From the NCBI RefSeq assembly GCF_004010195.1, contig NC_057751.1:15056597-15118596 (forward strand): a DNA stretch of 62,000 nt. The letters run 5' to 3'. Below the pieces are notes generated by a model. That model had not been told where the DNA came from and searched no databases. It saw nothing but the letters and a program-made list of their open reading frames with translations. Below, in pieces: positions 52,801 to 61,131 of the stretch; the first letter of the stretch is position 1; each line of letters starts with the position of its first letter. Made by a program: the position numbers and the translations under genes. This DNA comes from Chiloscyllium plagiosum (lineage: Eukaryota).

Positions 52801-55800
52801 AACAAAACAGAAATTATTGTGTTTGGAGGCAAATTCACCACTGGTTAGAGTCATAATCTGCACAAAGGAAGATGGTTGTGGTTGTTGGAAGTCAGTCATC
52901 TCAGGTCCAGGACATCTCTGCAGATGTTATTCAGGTACGTGTCCGAGGCCCATCCATTTTTAGCTGCTTTAGCAATGTTGAGCAATATTCATGACTCTGC
53001 AGATAGTGAACAGACCATGTTCAAATGTAACAAGGTTAAAAATCACACAACACCAGGCTATAGTCCAACAGGTTTAATTGAAAGCACACTAGCTTTCGGA
53101 GCGATGCTCCTTCATCAGCTGATAGTCGCTCCGAAAGCTAGTGTGCTTCCAATTAAACCTGTTGGACTATAACCTGGTGTTGTGCAATTTTTAACTTTGT
53201 ACGCCCCAGTCCAACACCGGCATCTCCAAATCAAATGTAACAAGATCTGGACAACATCTAGACTTGGGCAAGTAGGAAGTAACATTCGTACCACACAAAT
53301 GCCAGGCAATGACCATTTCTAATAAAAGACAATCTAACTGTTGCTCCTTGACATTCAATGGCTACCAGTGAATACTACGCTATCAACATTCTGGAGGTTA
53401 TCATTGACCAGAACTTCAATTGGACTCGCCCTACAAACATAAGACTGTGTCAAAGGCTCAGAATACTACAAGAAACTTACCTCCTGACTCCCAAAGCCTC
53501 TCCATCATCGATAAGGCACAAGTCAGAAGTGTGATAGAATACTCCTCAGTTGCTTGGATGAGTGCACCCTCCAACAATGCTCAAGAGGCTTTAATATCAT
53601 CCAGGACAAAGCAGCCTGCTTAATTGGGATGACACCCACAAACATCTACTTCCTCCACCATTGATGTTCAGTAGCAGATGTGTACTATCGACAAAATGAG
53701 TGCAGAAATTCATCATGGATCCTTAGACCGTACGTTTCAAAGCCACAACCACTTCCATCTGCATGGACAAAGGCAGCAGATAATGGTAACACCTGCGAGT
53801 TCCCCTCCAAACTACTCATTATCCTGACTTAGAAATACATTGCAATTCCCTCACTGTCGCTGGTTCAAATTCCTGCAATTCCGTCCCTAATGGCATTGTG
53901 GGTCAATTAACAACACGTGGACTGCAGCAGTTCAAGAAGCAGCTCGCCACCAGTTTCTCGAGGGCAGCCAGGAATAGGCAAAAATGCTGGCAGAAATGTC
54001 CATGTCCCATGAATGGAAAAAAAACAATCATCTTACAAAAAGTACATATTGTTCTTGTGATGGTAAAAAGATTGAAGGATGGAAGTGATATGAATTTCTT
54101 AAATATGATTTTTCATGCAACTGGTCAGAATGTTCAATAATTGTTGCAAGACAACTCCTAGAAATGAGAGTTGTACTCAAGCTTTGCAGGCACTGAAGTT
54201 GATGAACATTCATCCAGTTATCATTGAATGTTCTGATTTGACCAACTTGAGATGAATTTCTGTTTCAAAATCCAAGTAAAGATTGTTAAATTGTTTTCAG
54301 AAACTTGTTGAATTTGCACCACAGAGAATATCCTGTTGCTGCCAATCAGAAGTCTCTTTTAAAACTCTAAGTAAAGAATTAAAGAAACTTTGAATTGAAG
54401 AAACTAACTAGGATATTCTTTCTAAAATGTCTTTAGTTAATAATGAAATATTTCTTCCGAGAAGTATATTCAGCCTATTTTGTTTTACCTTTAGGCTGCA
54501 TTTTATTTATGTTTCATTTCTTAATTTAGATCAATTTCAAACTACAACATGGGGACTATTTTCTTTAAAGTTACATTCAGAAAGTTTTAATGCCAAAGGA
54601 ATGTTATTTCTAATATCACCACTTGCAACTCCATGTATCTCTTTCAGGTTTACTTCACAAAAATCATTGCTGTCCTTGGCATACCAGTAGTATCCTAAAG
54701 GAGGAAGTGCATTTTCTGCCAAAGGAATGAAAACAGTTTATAGAGAAATATTAATAAGTTAGGTTATTGGGCAAAAAGTTATCAAATGGTGTATTATATC
54801 GGAAAATGTAAAGTAGTTCATTTTGAAAGGGGGAACAAAAGAATAGCATATCATTTAAATGGAGATAAACTGCAGAAAGCTGCAACTCAAAAGGGACTTT
54901 GGCAGAATTATACATCATGCACACATGATGCACTAAAAGCCTTGAGTATGAGGGGCTTGGAGTATAAATGTAGCGAAGTCTTTCTGCAGCTGGATGAGAT
55001 ACCGCTGAGACCACTTCTGGAGTACTGTAAGCAGTTTTGGTCCCCTTATTTAAGGAAAGACATTATTTCATTGGAAGAAGTTCAGAGAAGGTTCACTGGT
55101 ATGGAGGGATTGTCTTGTGAGCAAAGGCTGAACACGTTGGGACTTGACTCATTGGAATTTAGAGGAATAAAAGGTGATCTCAACAATACATGTCAGATTC
55201 CTAAGGGGCTTGACAGGGTAAATGTTGAGAGGATGTTTCCCCTCCTAGGAGAATTTTAGCATAAAGATTGAAATAAGAAGGAATTTCTTCTCTCAGAAGG
55301 TTGAGAGTCTTTGGAACTCCATGCCACAGAGCTGTGTGGACAGAGACCTTGAGTATTTTTAAGACCAAGATAAATTCTTGATAAGTAAGAGAATCAAATG
55401 TTACAGCAAAAACACAGTTAAGGTGGATGTGAGAAATGACAGATCAGCAATGATCCTGTTGAATAGCAGAGCAAACTTGAGGGGCCTATTCTGTTCCTAT
55501 TTCTTATGAACTTCTAGCATAAATATTTATTTTACGAAGACACAGCAAATGAATTTTCCAAACTTGGTTTGTGGCTGTAGACTGCTTTTTGAGTTGTGTA
55601 ATATTTGGGTGAAGTATGGTAACAGGAGCAATTTGAACCAATGAGAACATTGTGCAATAAGAGCATTGCCATGGTTGTAAAGCACCAATCAATTCATGTG
55701 GAAGTTTTCTTAGGTGATAAATAAACCTACTGACTGCACTAATAAATAAATTTTATATAAGTTAAATATGCTGTAGCTCTGACTTTTTTGTTGGATTTTA

Positions 55801-55894
55801 TCTTCAGCCAAAGCTCCTCAATCCAGTTGTGGAATGCCTGGAAGCGATAAATTTTGTCACAAACACACTTTCCAAAGGAGATGCCAAATTCATG
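10663..55894 (+). CDS. POLB: DNA polymerase beta, spliced CDS exons 1-11 (3'-partial, codons 1-236)
   Basis: Joined exons translate openly: [236 protein letters not shown]. Colinear with vertebrate Pol beta; lyase K72 and catalytic D190/D192 present; all introns GT-AG. Confidence 0.98.
11187..11823 (+). mobile_element. Penelope-like element 3' fragment (GIY-YIG endonuclease C-terminus and 3' terminal region)
   Basis: [57 protein letters not shown]; hammerhead-like motif near the 3' end. Confidence 0.9.
11719..11746 (+). ncRNA. minimal hammerhead ribozyme motif, core-mutated (CTGATTA)
   Basis: CTGATTA-A-GGGC-TTTT-GCCC-GAAA-CGTC; G8 changed to T. Confidence 0.6.
12001..12130 (-). mobile_element. 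short PLE terminal fragment (same family as 53035-53230)
   Basis: Near identity to 53035-53230; carries a hammerhead core. Confidence 0.75.
12095..12123 (-). ncRNA. minimal hammerhead ribozyme motif, intact core
   Basis: Minus strand CTGATGA-A-GGAGC-AGC-GCTCC-GAAA-GCTA with palindromic stem III (AGCT). Confidence 0.7.
12885..13216 (-). mobile_element. PLE 3' fragment with 8-bp TSD
   Basis: TSD CTTCTGAA at 12877-12884 and 13217-13224; reverse-complement similarity to 11455-11790. Confidence 0.85.
12950..12977 (-). ncRNA. minimal hammerhead ribozyme motif, intact core
   Basis: Minus strand CTGAAGA-A-GGGC-TTAT-GCCC-GAAA-CGTC. Confidence 0.7.
13883..14148 (+). mobile_element. degenerate HE1-like SINE
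   Basis: gttagtactgctgcctcac..gattcgattcc..cacagtccaaagatgtgc..actgtagggattct. Confidence 0.75.
15594..15930 (+). mobile_element. HE1-like V-SINE
   Basis: gggcagcacggtggctcagtggttag head, V-domain, CR1-like tail. Confidence 0.88.
16559..16740. mobile_element. Tc1/mariner-type MITE
   Basis: TIRs CAGTCGGCTCTG / CAGAACCGACTA flanked by TA; splits the CR1 at gtccatgta|gatc. Confidence 0.7.
17325..17382 (+). CDS. POLB: POLB exon 2 (58 nt)
   Basis: ttttctgcag acceptor; (E)[18 protein letters not shown](R); donor GTAAAT. Confidence 0.97.
17876..17942 (+). CDS. POLB: POLB exon 3 (67 nt)
   Basis: ttatgatag acceptor; [22 protein letters not shown]; donor GTAAGC. Confidence 0.97.
18095..19740 (+). 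mobile_element. degenerate CR1 endonuclease (APE) region with an LTR-like insert at about 18485-19353
   Basis: [13 protein letters not shown] remnant; insert bounded by TGTGATA...TCTCACA, no clean TSD. Confidence 0.45.
19790..20800. mobile_element. CR1-like fragments (minus about 19790-20360, plus about 20450-20800)
   Basis: CR1 3' motifs including the tail gtctgtttccgtgctgtatgac. Confidence 0.6.
20945..21330 (+). mobile_element. old Deu-type SINE containing a (TAGAT)n tract
   Basis: aaggttgtgaattcag head; tail tgaaatgctttgagac..ggtgctatataaatttcaagtcttttt. Confidence 0.5.
21742..21816 (+). CDS. POLB: POLB exon 4 (75 nt; helix-hairpin-helix, lyase K72)
   Basis: catttttag acceptor; [25 protein letters not shown]; donor GTATAC. 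Confidence 0.97.
22170..23925 (-). mobile_element. Tx1/L1-clade LINE, ORF2 C-terminus and 3' UTR, degenerate
   Basis: [46 protein letters not shown] resembles Tx1-type ORF2 ends; homologous to 38494-40240. Confidence 0.7.
23945..24240 (+). mobile_element. old Deu-domain SINE
   Basis: tttcagatgagacattaaacc..ctttgaagaaga..aaattggct..tacttcaaaagt. Confidence 0.6.
25111..25169 (+). CDS. POLB: POLB exon 5 (59 nt)
   Basis: tcctttacag acceptor; [19 protein letters not shown](G); donor GTAAAC. Confidence 0.97.
25433..26000 (+). mobile_element. tRNA-derived SINE, second family (as 39469), split by a solo LTR
   Basis: gagatggtggcatagtagtaat..gggttcaaatccc head; tail aaatgctggcc. Confidence 0.65.
25549..25739 (+). 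mobile_element. short solo LTR (191 bp)
   Basis: TG...CA termini; perfect 5-bp TSD AGAAC (25544-25548, 25740-25744); internal AATAAA. Confidence 0.75.
26703..26752 (+). CDS. POLB: POLB exon 6 (50 nt)
   Basis: ttgtacag acceptor; [16 protein letters not shown]; donor GTATGT. Confidence 0.97.
28581..28632 (+). CDS. POLB: POLB exon 7 (52 nt)
   Basis: tttcttttag acceptor; [17 protein letters not shown](K); donor GTAAGT. Confidence 0.97.
30409..30463 (+). CDS. POLB: POLB exon 8 (55 nt)
   Basis: tttttgtag acceptor; [18 protein letters not shown]; donor GTAAGG. Confidence 0.97.
30607..30875. mobile_element. tail-to-tail pair of internally deleted HE1-like SINEs (fold-back)
   Basis: 29-bp terminal inverted repeats formed by the SINE heads, 26/29 identical. 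Confidence 0.85.
31343..32153. mobile_element. solo-LTR-like element
   Basis: T(A)TTATGA...TCATAACA termini; flanks aaagg/aaaga; second family member starts TGTTAGGAC at 61132. Confidence 0.6.
32125..32440 (+). repeat. tandem duplication (134-bp unit; second copy has internal micro-repeats)
   Basis: 32125-32258 is repeated at 32259-32440. Confidence 0.93.
32986..33329. mobile_element. Tc1/mariner(pogo)-type MITE inserted in a tRNA-SINE
   Basis: About 25-bp imperfect TIRs (CAAGTAGACAACCCTTTATCCAAAA / TTTCGGATAAAGGATTGTGCACCTG), TA TSD; second copy at 59480. Confidence 0.85.
33908..33980 (+). CDS. POLB: POLB exon 9 (73 nt)
   Basis: ccctttag acceptor; [24 protein letters not shown](G), PolX GSFRRG motif; donor GTTTGT. 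Confidence 0.96.
34650..34853 (-). mobile_element. CR1/HER1 3' tip
   Basis: Near identity to 8905-9105. Confidence 0.85.
34940..35570 (-). mobile_element. CR1/L2-type LINE fragment
   Basis: Similar to 40350-41300. Confidence 0.65.
35575..36100 (-). mobile_element. CR1 5' region with ORF1 zinc-finger/leucine-zipper remnant
   Basis: [34 protein letters not shown]. Confidence 0.7.
36462..36685 (-). mobile_element. 5'-truncated HE1-like SINE
   Basis: V-domain and tail on the minus strand. Confidence 0.85.
37283..37353 (+). CDS. POLB: POLB exon 10 (71 nt; catalytic D190/D192)
   Basis: gtctgcag acceptor; [24 protein letters not shown]; donor GTGAGA. Confidence 0.97.
38494..40240 (+). mobile_element. 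Tx1/L1-clade LINE 3' fragment, interrupted by a SINE
   Basis: CTFCGLKE..H (CCHC-like), [28 protein letters not shown]; homologous to 22170-23600. Confidence 0.7.
39469..39826 (+). mobile_element. tRNA-derived SINE, second family, full length
   Basis: GGGGAGGCGATGGCCTAGTGG A box, GGTTTGAATCC B box; 3' tail shared with the CR1/L2-type LINE. Confidence 0.8.
40917..41188 (+). mobile_element. HE1-like SINE, older copy
   Basis: Head, V-domain and tail cactgtagggatt. Confidence 0.82.
41397..41716 (+). mobile_element. HE1-like V-SINE, young full-length copy
   Basis: Near identical to 1388-1709; imperfect TSD aattcacctct/aattcagctgt. Confidence 0.92.
45290..45725 (+). mobile_element. CR1 3' fragment
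   Basis: gcagtccagagaaggttca..agaatgagaggtgacct motifs. Confidence 0.7.
46372..46684 (-). mobile_element. HE1-like V-SINE, young full-length copy
   Basis: Reverse complement of 41397-41716; (GATTA)n tail. Confidence 0.92.
47230..48700 (-). mobile_element. CR1 LINE RT fragment, degenerate
   Basis: [41 protein letters not shown]. Confidence 0.8.
48790..50250 (-). mobile_element. old, internally deleted Penelope-like element with an inverted 5' duplication
   Basis: Minus remnants [12 protein letters not shown] (PLE RT FYLLPKIHK-like) and [16 protein letters not shown] (GIY-YIG end); 49350-49437 recurs inverted at about 50152-50220. Confidence 0.6.
53035..53230. mobile_element. PLE terminal fold-back insertion with 14-bp TSD
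   Basis: TSD TCAAATGTAACAAG at 53021-53034 and 53231-53244; inverted arms about 53032-53104 and 53126-53198. Confidence 0.85.
53090..53118 (-). ncRNA. minimal hammerhead ribozyme motif, intact core
   Basis: Minus strand CTGATGA-A-GGAGC-ATC-GCTCC-GAAA-GCTA. Confidence 0.68.
54750..55505 (+). mobile_element. CR1 3' fragment
   Basis: [38 protein letters not shown]. Confidence 0.88.
55808..55894 (+). CDS. POLB: POLB exon 11 (87 nt)
   Basis: ttttatcttcag acceptor; [29 protein letters not shown]; donor GTAGGT. Confidence 0.96.
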
Positions 55895-56899
55895 GTAGGT
55901 ATCAATTTCCTATTCTGTACCTTGAAAATTATGGGACAAGTTAGATTGTATATCCTTTAAGAACTTTTTCCCAGATTTTTCTTGCTTTAATATTTTAGGG
56001 GTAGTTAACCTGATTGAAATAAATGGTTAGTATACAGCTAAAATAATCGAGGGATGGATTTTGAGTGAATACTTTAAACATTCATAGACAAGTACCCTAC
56101 AACATTAATTGGGAGCCATTACTTATTTATCACAAAATGTGTTGTATTTCACTACATTGTTGGGATAAGGAAGGAAGACCGAACGAATTTCTAGAAACCA
56201 ACAGCAAAATTATTCCAGTAAGATGTCTTGGAGGATTATGTGCGCTTTTATTTTGTATTCAGTTTGCCTAGAATAATTTACATAGTTGTAAAAGGACAGA
56301 TTTTGAAAGAAAAATGCCTTGCTCTCCTGACTTACTTTTTTTTATTTCGCAGCTTATTTAGTTAATTGTCATTTCATTCTTGTTTCTTTTTAAGCAGCAA
56401 AACAGATAATAGAGTATTTAGCATTTTCAGTGTTTTAGTTGTTAAGATCTTGCATCCAAGTGAGCTGTGGGGGCAATATGGTGACAGTCGATAACTGGAG
56501 TGTATTTGGCTCTTGATACTAACAATTCCCCTAGCATAGAGATACTGCTGAACCTCAGATTCAAGGGTGATGAGACAAATTACAGAATTCAGGTGAAATT
56601 TCTGTCTTTCTGGTCTGCATGACTGTGTTTTGCTGAGTAAACGTGTGAGTTCACCATATCTAAATTTGATAACTTCTTCTTGATTGGATCCTAAGGGATG
56701 GAGGGTTTAGGGTTTTTATATCCATCTTGTATCTTTAAGTGGAGCAGAAATTATTTTCAATGTTTGATATCCAGTGCTTGATGGATAGACCTTTTGGGAG
56801 GGCTGAAGCTATAGTTTCAGTCCCTGCACAATCCACTCCCCCAACAAGCAATCCATTCCTCTTGCTAGTGACTGACTGAGTGTGAAGTAGACATCCAGC

Positions 56900-57520
56900 A
56901 TTCTAACGGGGGGGGGGAGTTGTGTTTAGCCAACTTATTGCAGTTTTTAGAAGAGATAACACAAAGGGTCAATGAGGTAATGCTTTTGATTTGAAATACA
57001 TGGATATCCTGTAGGCATATGATATAACACTAGATAACAGACTTGAGGAAAATGATAGGTCATGGTATAAGGCAGACATGATCACCATACATATAAAATT
57101 GGTTGAATATTAGGAAATGGTGAATGGATATTTTTCGGGCTGGGGGATGGTTTGTAGTCTAGTTCCCCATGGGTCAGTGTTGGGACCCTTGCTTTTCCTG
57201 GTATGTATTAATGATCCAGATCTGGTGTGTAATGAACAGTTTCAATGTTTGCACATGACATTCAACTTGGAGGAGTTGTAAACTGTGAGGAGGACAGTGT
57301 GGAACTCCAAAGAGACAGTGACAAGTTGAAGGGAGTGGGCAGATAGGTAGCAGATGAGATTCAATGCAGAGAAGTGTGATGTGATGTGCTTTGGTCGGAA
57401 GAACATTGAATTCTAAAGGAGTGCAGGAGTAGAGAGACCTGGGTGGAAACCTACACAGATCACTGAAGACAGGTGGATAGGTAGGACAAGTGAAAGAGCT
57501 TTATTAATAGGGGCATAGAG
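56900..57520 (+). mobile_element. CR1 RT fragment, degenerate
   Basis: VPHGSVLGPLLFLVCIND-like and QMRFNAEKCDV-like remnants. Confidence 0.75.
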
Positions 57521-59479
57521 CAAGAAGATCTCACTGTCTAAAGATTTGGTCAAATTGGTGTTAAAGCTTTTGCCCAATTTGTTCATATGCTTGCAGAATC
57601 ATGAACATTAAACCCCAGTCTTCAAGAACAACAAAAAAGCAGCACGACAGTCTGACTAGTTGACAACAAAGCCCCTTAACCATGATAAATCTACTTTCAT
57701 GGTGTCCTGAAATTGCAGATTGTGAGGCTAGATTTTTAATGGTTCAATGGCTGGCTATCTACACAAGTTATCTCAAATCAAAAGTACTGTGGACACTAGA
57801 GATCTGAAGCATAAATAAAAAGTGCTGGAGAAACCTCGGAGGTCTGACAGCATTTATGGAAAGTGAAAAAGAGTCATATTGGTCTTGAAACTTTAATGCA
57901 GATGATCTTGTTTTGATTGTTCTCAATCGTGAAGCATTCCTGTAGTTGTACTAACATTTAGGTTAAAAGCTTTCATCTCCATTTGCCAAAGTGTTTTTTT
58001 ATAACTGGAATCATCATGTAAGTAGCTATTTTACACAAGGCAACGTCACTGATTATTATACATCTGTTTCAGAGCACATTGGTCTGATGTGTGTGTGTTC
58101 AGGAATTGCTGCAGTCTGAGACTTGTGGTTCTTTGAAGACCATAATCAAACCTTAACAAATGGGCAGAATTTTAATACACATTAATCAATCTGCAGCTTT
58201 GCCAAAGATTGCAAGAGGGCATACTTCAGTTTTCATTTTGATCTTTGAAATCAAAGTTGGCAACATTCAGCTTAAATTGCTTCTTTCGCTATCACTTGGT
58301 ACTTCCATTGTGTCATTTTAATCAATCCTATTCTTGCATCTGATCTGAGAGAAGTTTTGAACTTTAAACACACGTTTTATTTTAAACCTCTTTTTGAAGT
58401 GTCTGACAATGTGATGAAGTATCTGTAAGAATGCCCAAACAGGACTGTTTTACACCAGATGTTTGTTCATTCACAGATCATCATCGCGTCAACTGCTGGA
58501 TTTTTTTAAGCAGCTACTATAGTGGCTGTTGAGAACCCGAATTGGTTGTCTGCACTTTCCTGACATGGGTGTGAAGTATATTTTTTAACAACATCAATTT
58601 TAAATTGGGTGTTGAAATACAATCACAATTACGGTGTCTTGTAAGCATCGATCACATTAGCCAATGTCATTCAGTCCCTGTTTTACTGGGCAAAATGCCA
58701 CGTTTGATTGGCAACCCACCTTCATTACAAAACCAAAGGTGTCTCTGGACTGAAGCTGTTTCAATTCTGTTTTTATGCTGACATCTTCTGTTGTGGCTGT
58801 ATCTCATCTTACCAGTTAAACCAAAGTCTTCATTCTTTGGAAATGCTGCCTTTTAGAAATTAGAACAGCAAATGGCAGCAATTAATTTTTTTTTCAAGGA
58901 ATACTAGATTGTGGCTGTCATGTAGGTTTTGAATCCTTGACCTCTGGAACAATGGAAAGTATGCTGATATGATAAGGAGTAATCAAGTAGTGAACGAATA
59001 TATGAGAGAAAACATGGCATTTTGCATGACAACATTGAGGCCCTTTTAGAACTGTATTTTATAAATGTTTTTAAATGGGCAAAATAGATTTAAAACTAAA
59101 AAGAGAGTTGTGCATTTTTATGAAATATTGAAGTTTCGTTTCTGTATAAAATACAGCCAATTTATTATCCTTTTAATCACTAAACAGCACTGTTCTCTGA
59201 TATAGTTTCAATGTTTGGTTGGACTCTAATTGATAGAGGCATTGCTAAGGAGAATGAATCAGTTAATGATGATTGACAATTAAATGCCACATTTTGTTTA
59301 AATTATAAACAAGGCAGATTGATTCTGATTGGTGAAAGCAATGCTCTGAGAAATAAACCAGAGAATGATTGTCACCTATTTTAATGTGTTGGAACAAGCC
59401 GGATATGTGCACATTGATTTTCGTGTCAACAGCAGGGCCCTGTGTATTAATATATGTAGCTTCCCAGTATGTGCAAGTA

Positions 59480-59825
59480 CAGGTACACAATTCTTTATCC
59501 GAAATCCTCGGTACCAGCTGGTTTTCAGAATTCAGAATTTTTTGGATTTCGGAATAAGTGACAGTTTAACGGTGAAATTTTTAAAAATCCTAAGAACAGC
59601 AGATGCACCTGAGATACTAAGAGTCCTGAAACAGAATTGACGCCTGCCGATGCTGGGCCAGGCCCCCATATCACATCTGAGTGATGTGGGTCGAGTGGGT
59701 ACAGAGTTGGGTTAATTATTTGCACACCAAACAATCTTGTTCAGGAGAAAAAGACTTCGCGAAAACAACTTTGGATTTTGGAGCTTTTCAGATTTTGGGA
59801 TTTCAGATAAAGGATTGTGCACCTA
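59480..59825. mobile_element. Tc1/mariner(pogo)-type MITE, opposite orientation to 32986-33329
   Basis: TIR CAGGTACACAATTCTTTATCCGAAA / TTTCAGATAAAGGATTGTGCACCT, TA flanks. Confidence 0.85.
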
Positions 59826-59889
59826 TACTCCATACTACAATCCCAGCTAATGATCCTAAATCAATTGTCGGCATAATACTTCCAGTGCT

Positions 59890-60760
59890 GAGGAGAATGC
59901 AGGTAAATGTGAGGTTATCCAGTTTAGTAGGAAGAACAAAGGTGCAGTCTATTTCTTAAATGGGAGTGATTAGAAAGTTTTGTCTCCGAAGGGACTATAG
60001 GCCGAGATATTCAAAAATTGCTGAAAGCTAACATACACCATCTGAATTGCAGCAAGCAATTCAGATGGTGCTTGAAATGCTGACCTTTGTCATATGATTT
60101 GCGTTGGAATATAGAAGCAAAGAAATATGACTTCAATTATGTAGAACACTCGTGAGACTGCAGCTGGGATATTGTGTACTGTTCTGATCGCTTGCCTGAC
60201 GGAGGATGTACTTGCCATAGAGGTAATGCAACAGGGGTTTCCTAAACTTATTTCTGAGATAGTGAGACTGTTTTATTAATCATAGAATCCCTACAGTATG
60301 GAAACAGGCCATTTGGCCCAACAAGTCCACACCAACCCTCCGAACAGTATCTCACCCAGACCGTGAAGAGAGATTGAGGAGACAGGACCTGTGTTCTTTG
60401 GGGTTGAGAAGCAAGAGAGTTGATCTCATGAAAACTTGGAATTTTTCAAAAGGGATAAACAGAGTTGTTACAGAAAGGATGTTACGCTATTACTGAGGTT
60501 TAGAATCAGAGGATACAGTCACTGAATAAAAGGCAAATCGTTCAGCAATGAGATGAGACTAAACGTTTTCACTCAAAATGGTGAACCTTTCGAATTTTGT
60601 ACTCCAGAGAGCTGTGGAAATTCAGTAATTAAAGCTAATGACATCAAGGGGTATGGGGAAATTATACAAATATGACATTGAGGTAGATAATCTTCCATGA
60701 GGTAAAATTGTGGTACCAATTCGAAGAGTTGGATAGTTTATTCTACTCCTGTGTTCCTTT
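59890..60760 (+). mobile_element. CR1 3' fragment with an inserted SINE tail (60280-60363, minus)
   Basis: CR1 3' motifs; SINE tail atagaatccctacagtatggaaacaggcc. Confidence 0.7.
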
Positions 60761-60769
60761 TTTTTTGTT

Positions 60770-61131
60770 AGGATGTCGACGCTGCTGCATGGGCGAACAC
60801 TTATTGTCTGCCCCTAGTTGCTCTTGAGAAGGTGGTGGTGAGCCATATTCTTGAACAACTGCATTTGTATGTGCAGCCACAATCCCAATAGGAAGGGTTG
60901 CAGGTCTTTGACCCAGCACCATTGAAGGATTGGCAATTTATTTCCAAGTAAGGATGATGAGTGATTTGGAAAGGGAACCTGCAAGTGGTGATATTCCCAT
61001 GCATCTGCTTCTTTTGTCTTTTTAGATGTTATTGGTCATGTGTTTGGAAGGTGCTGTCTAAAGAGGTGAATGTCTGTAGTGCATCTTGGAGATGGTGTGC
61101 ATTGGTGCTCCTGAAAGTTGGTGGTGGAGAA
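60770..61131 (-). mobile_element. CR1/L2-type LINE 3' end
   Basis: Similar to 38230-38490 and 40245-40340. Confidence 0.75.

Larger units (their letters stand above)
51105..54025 (+). mobile_element. long CR1/L2-type LINE (APE+RT, degenerate)
   Basis: [61 protein letters not shown]-rich 3' end. Confidence 0.88.
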
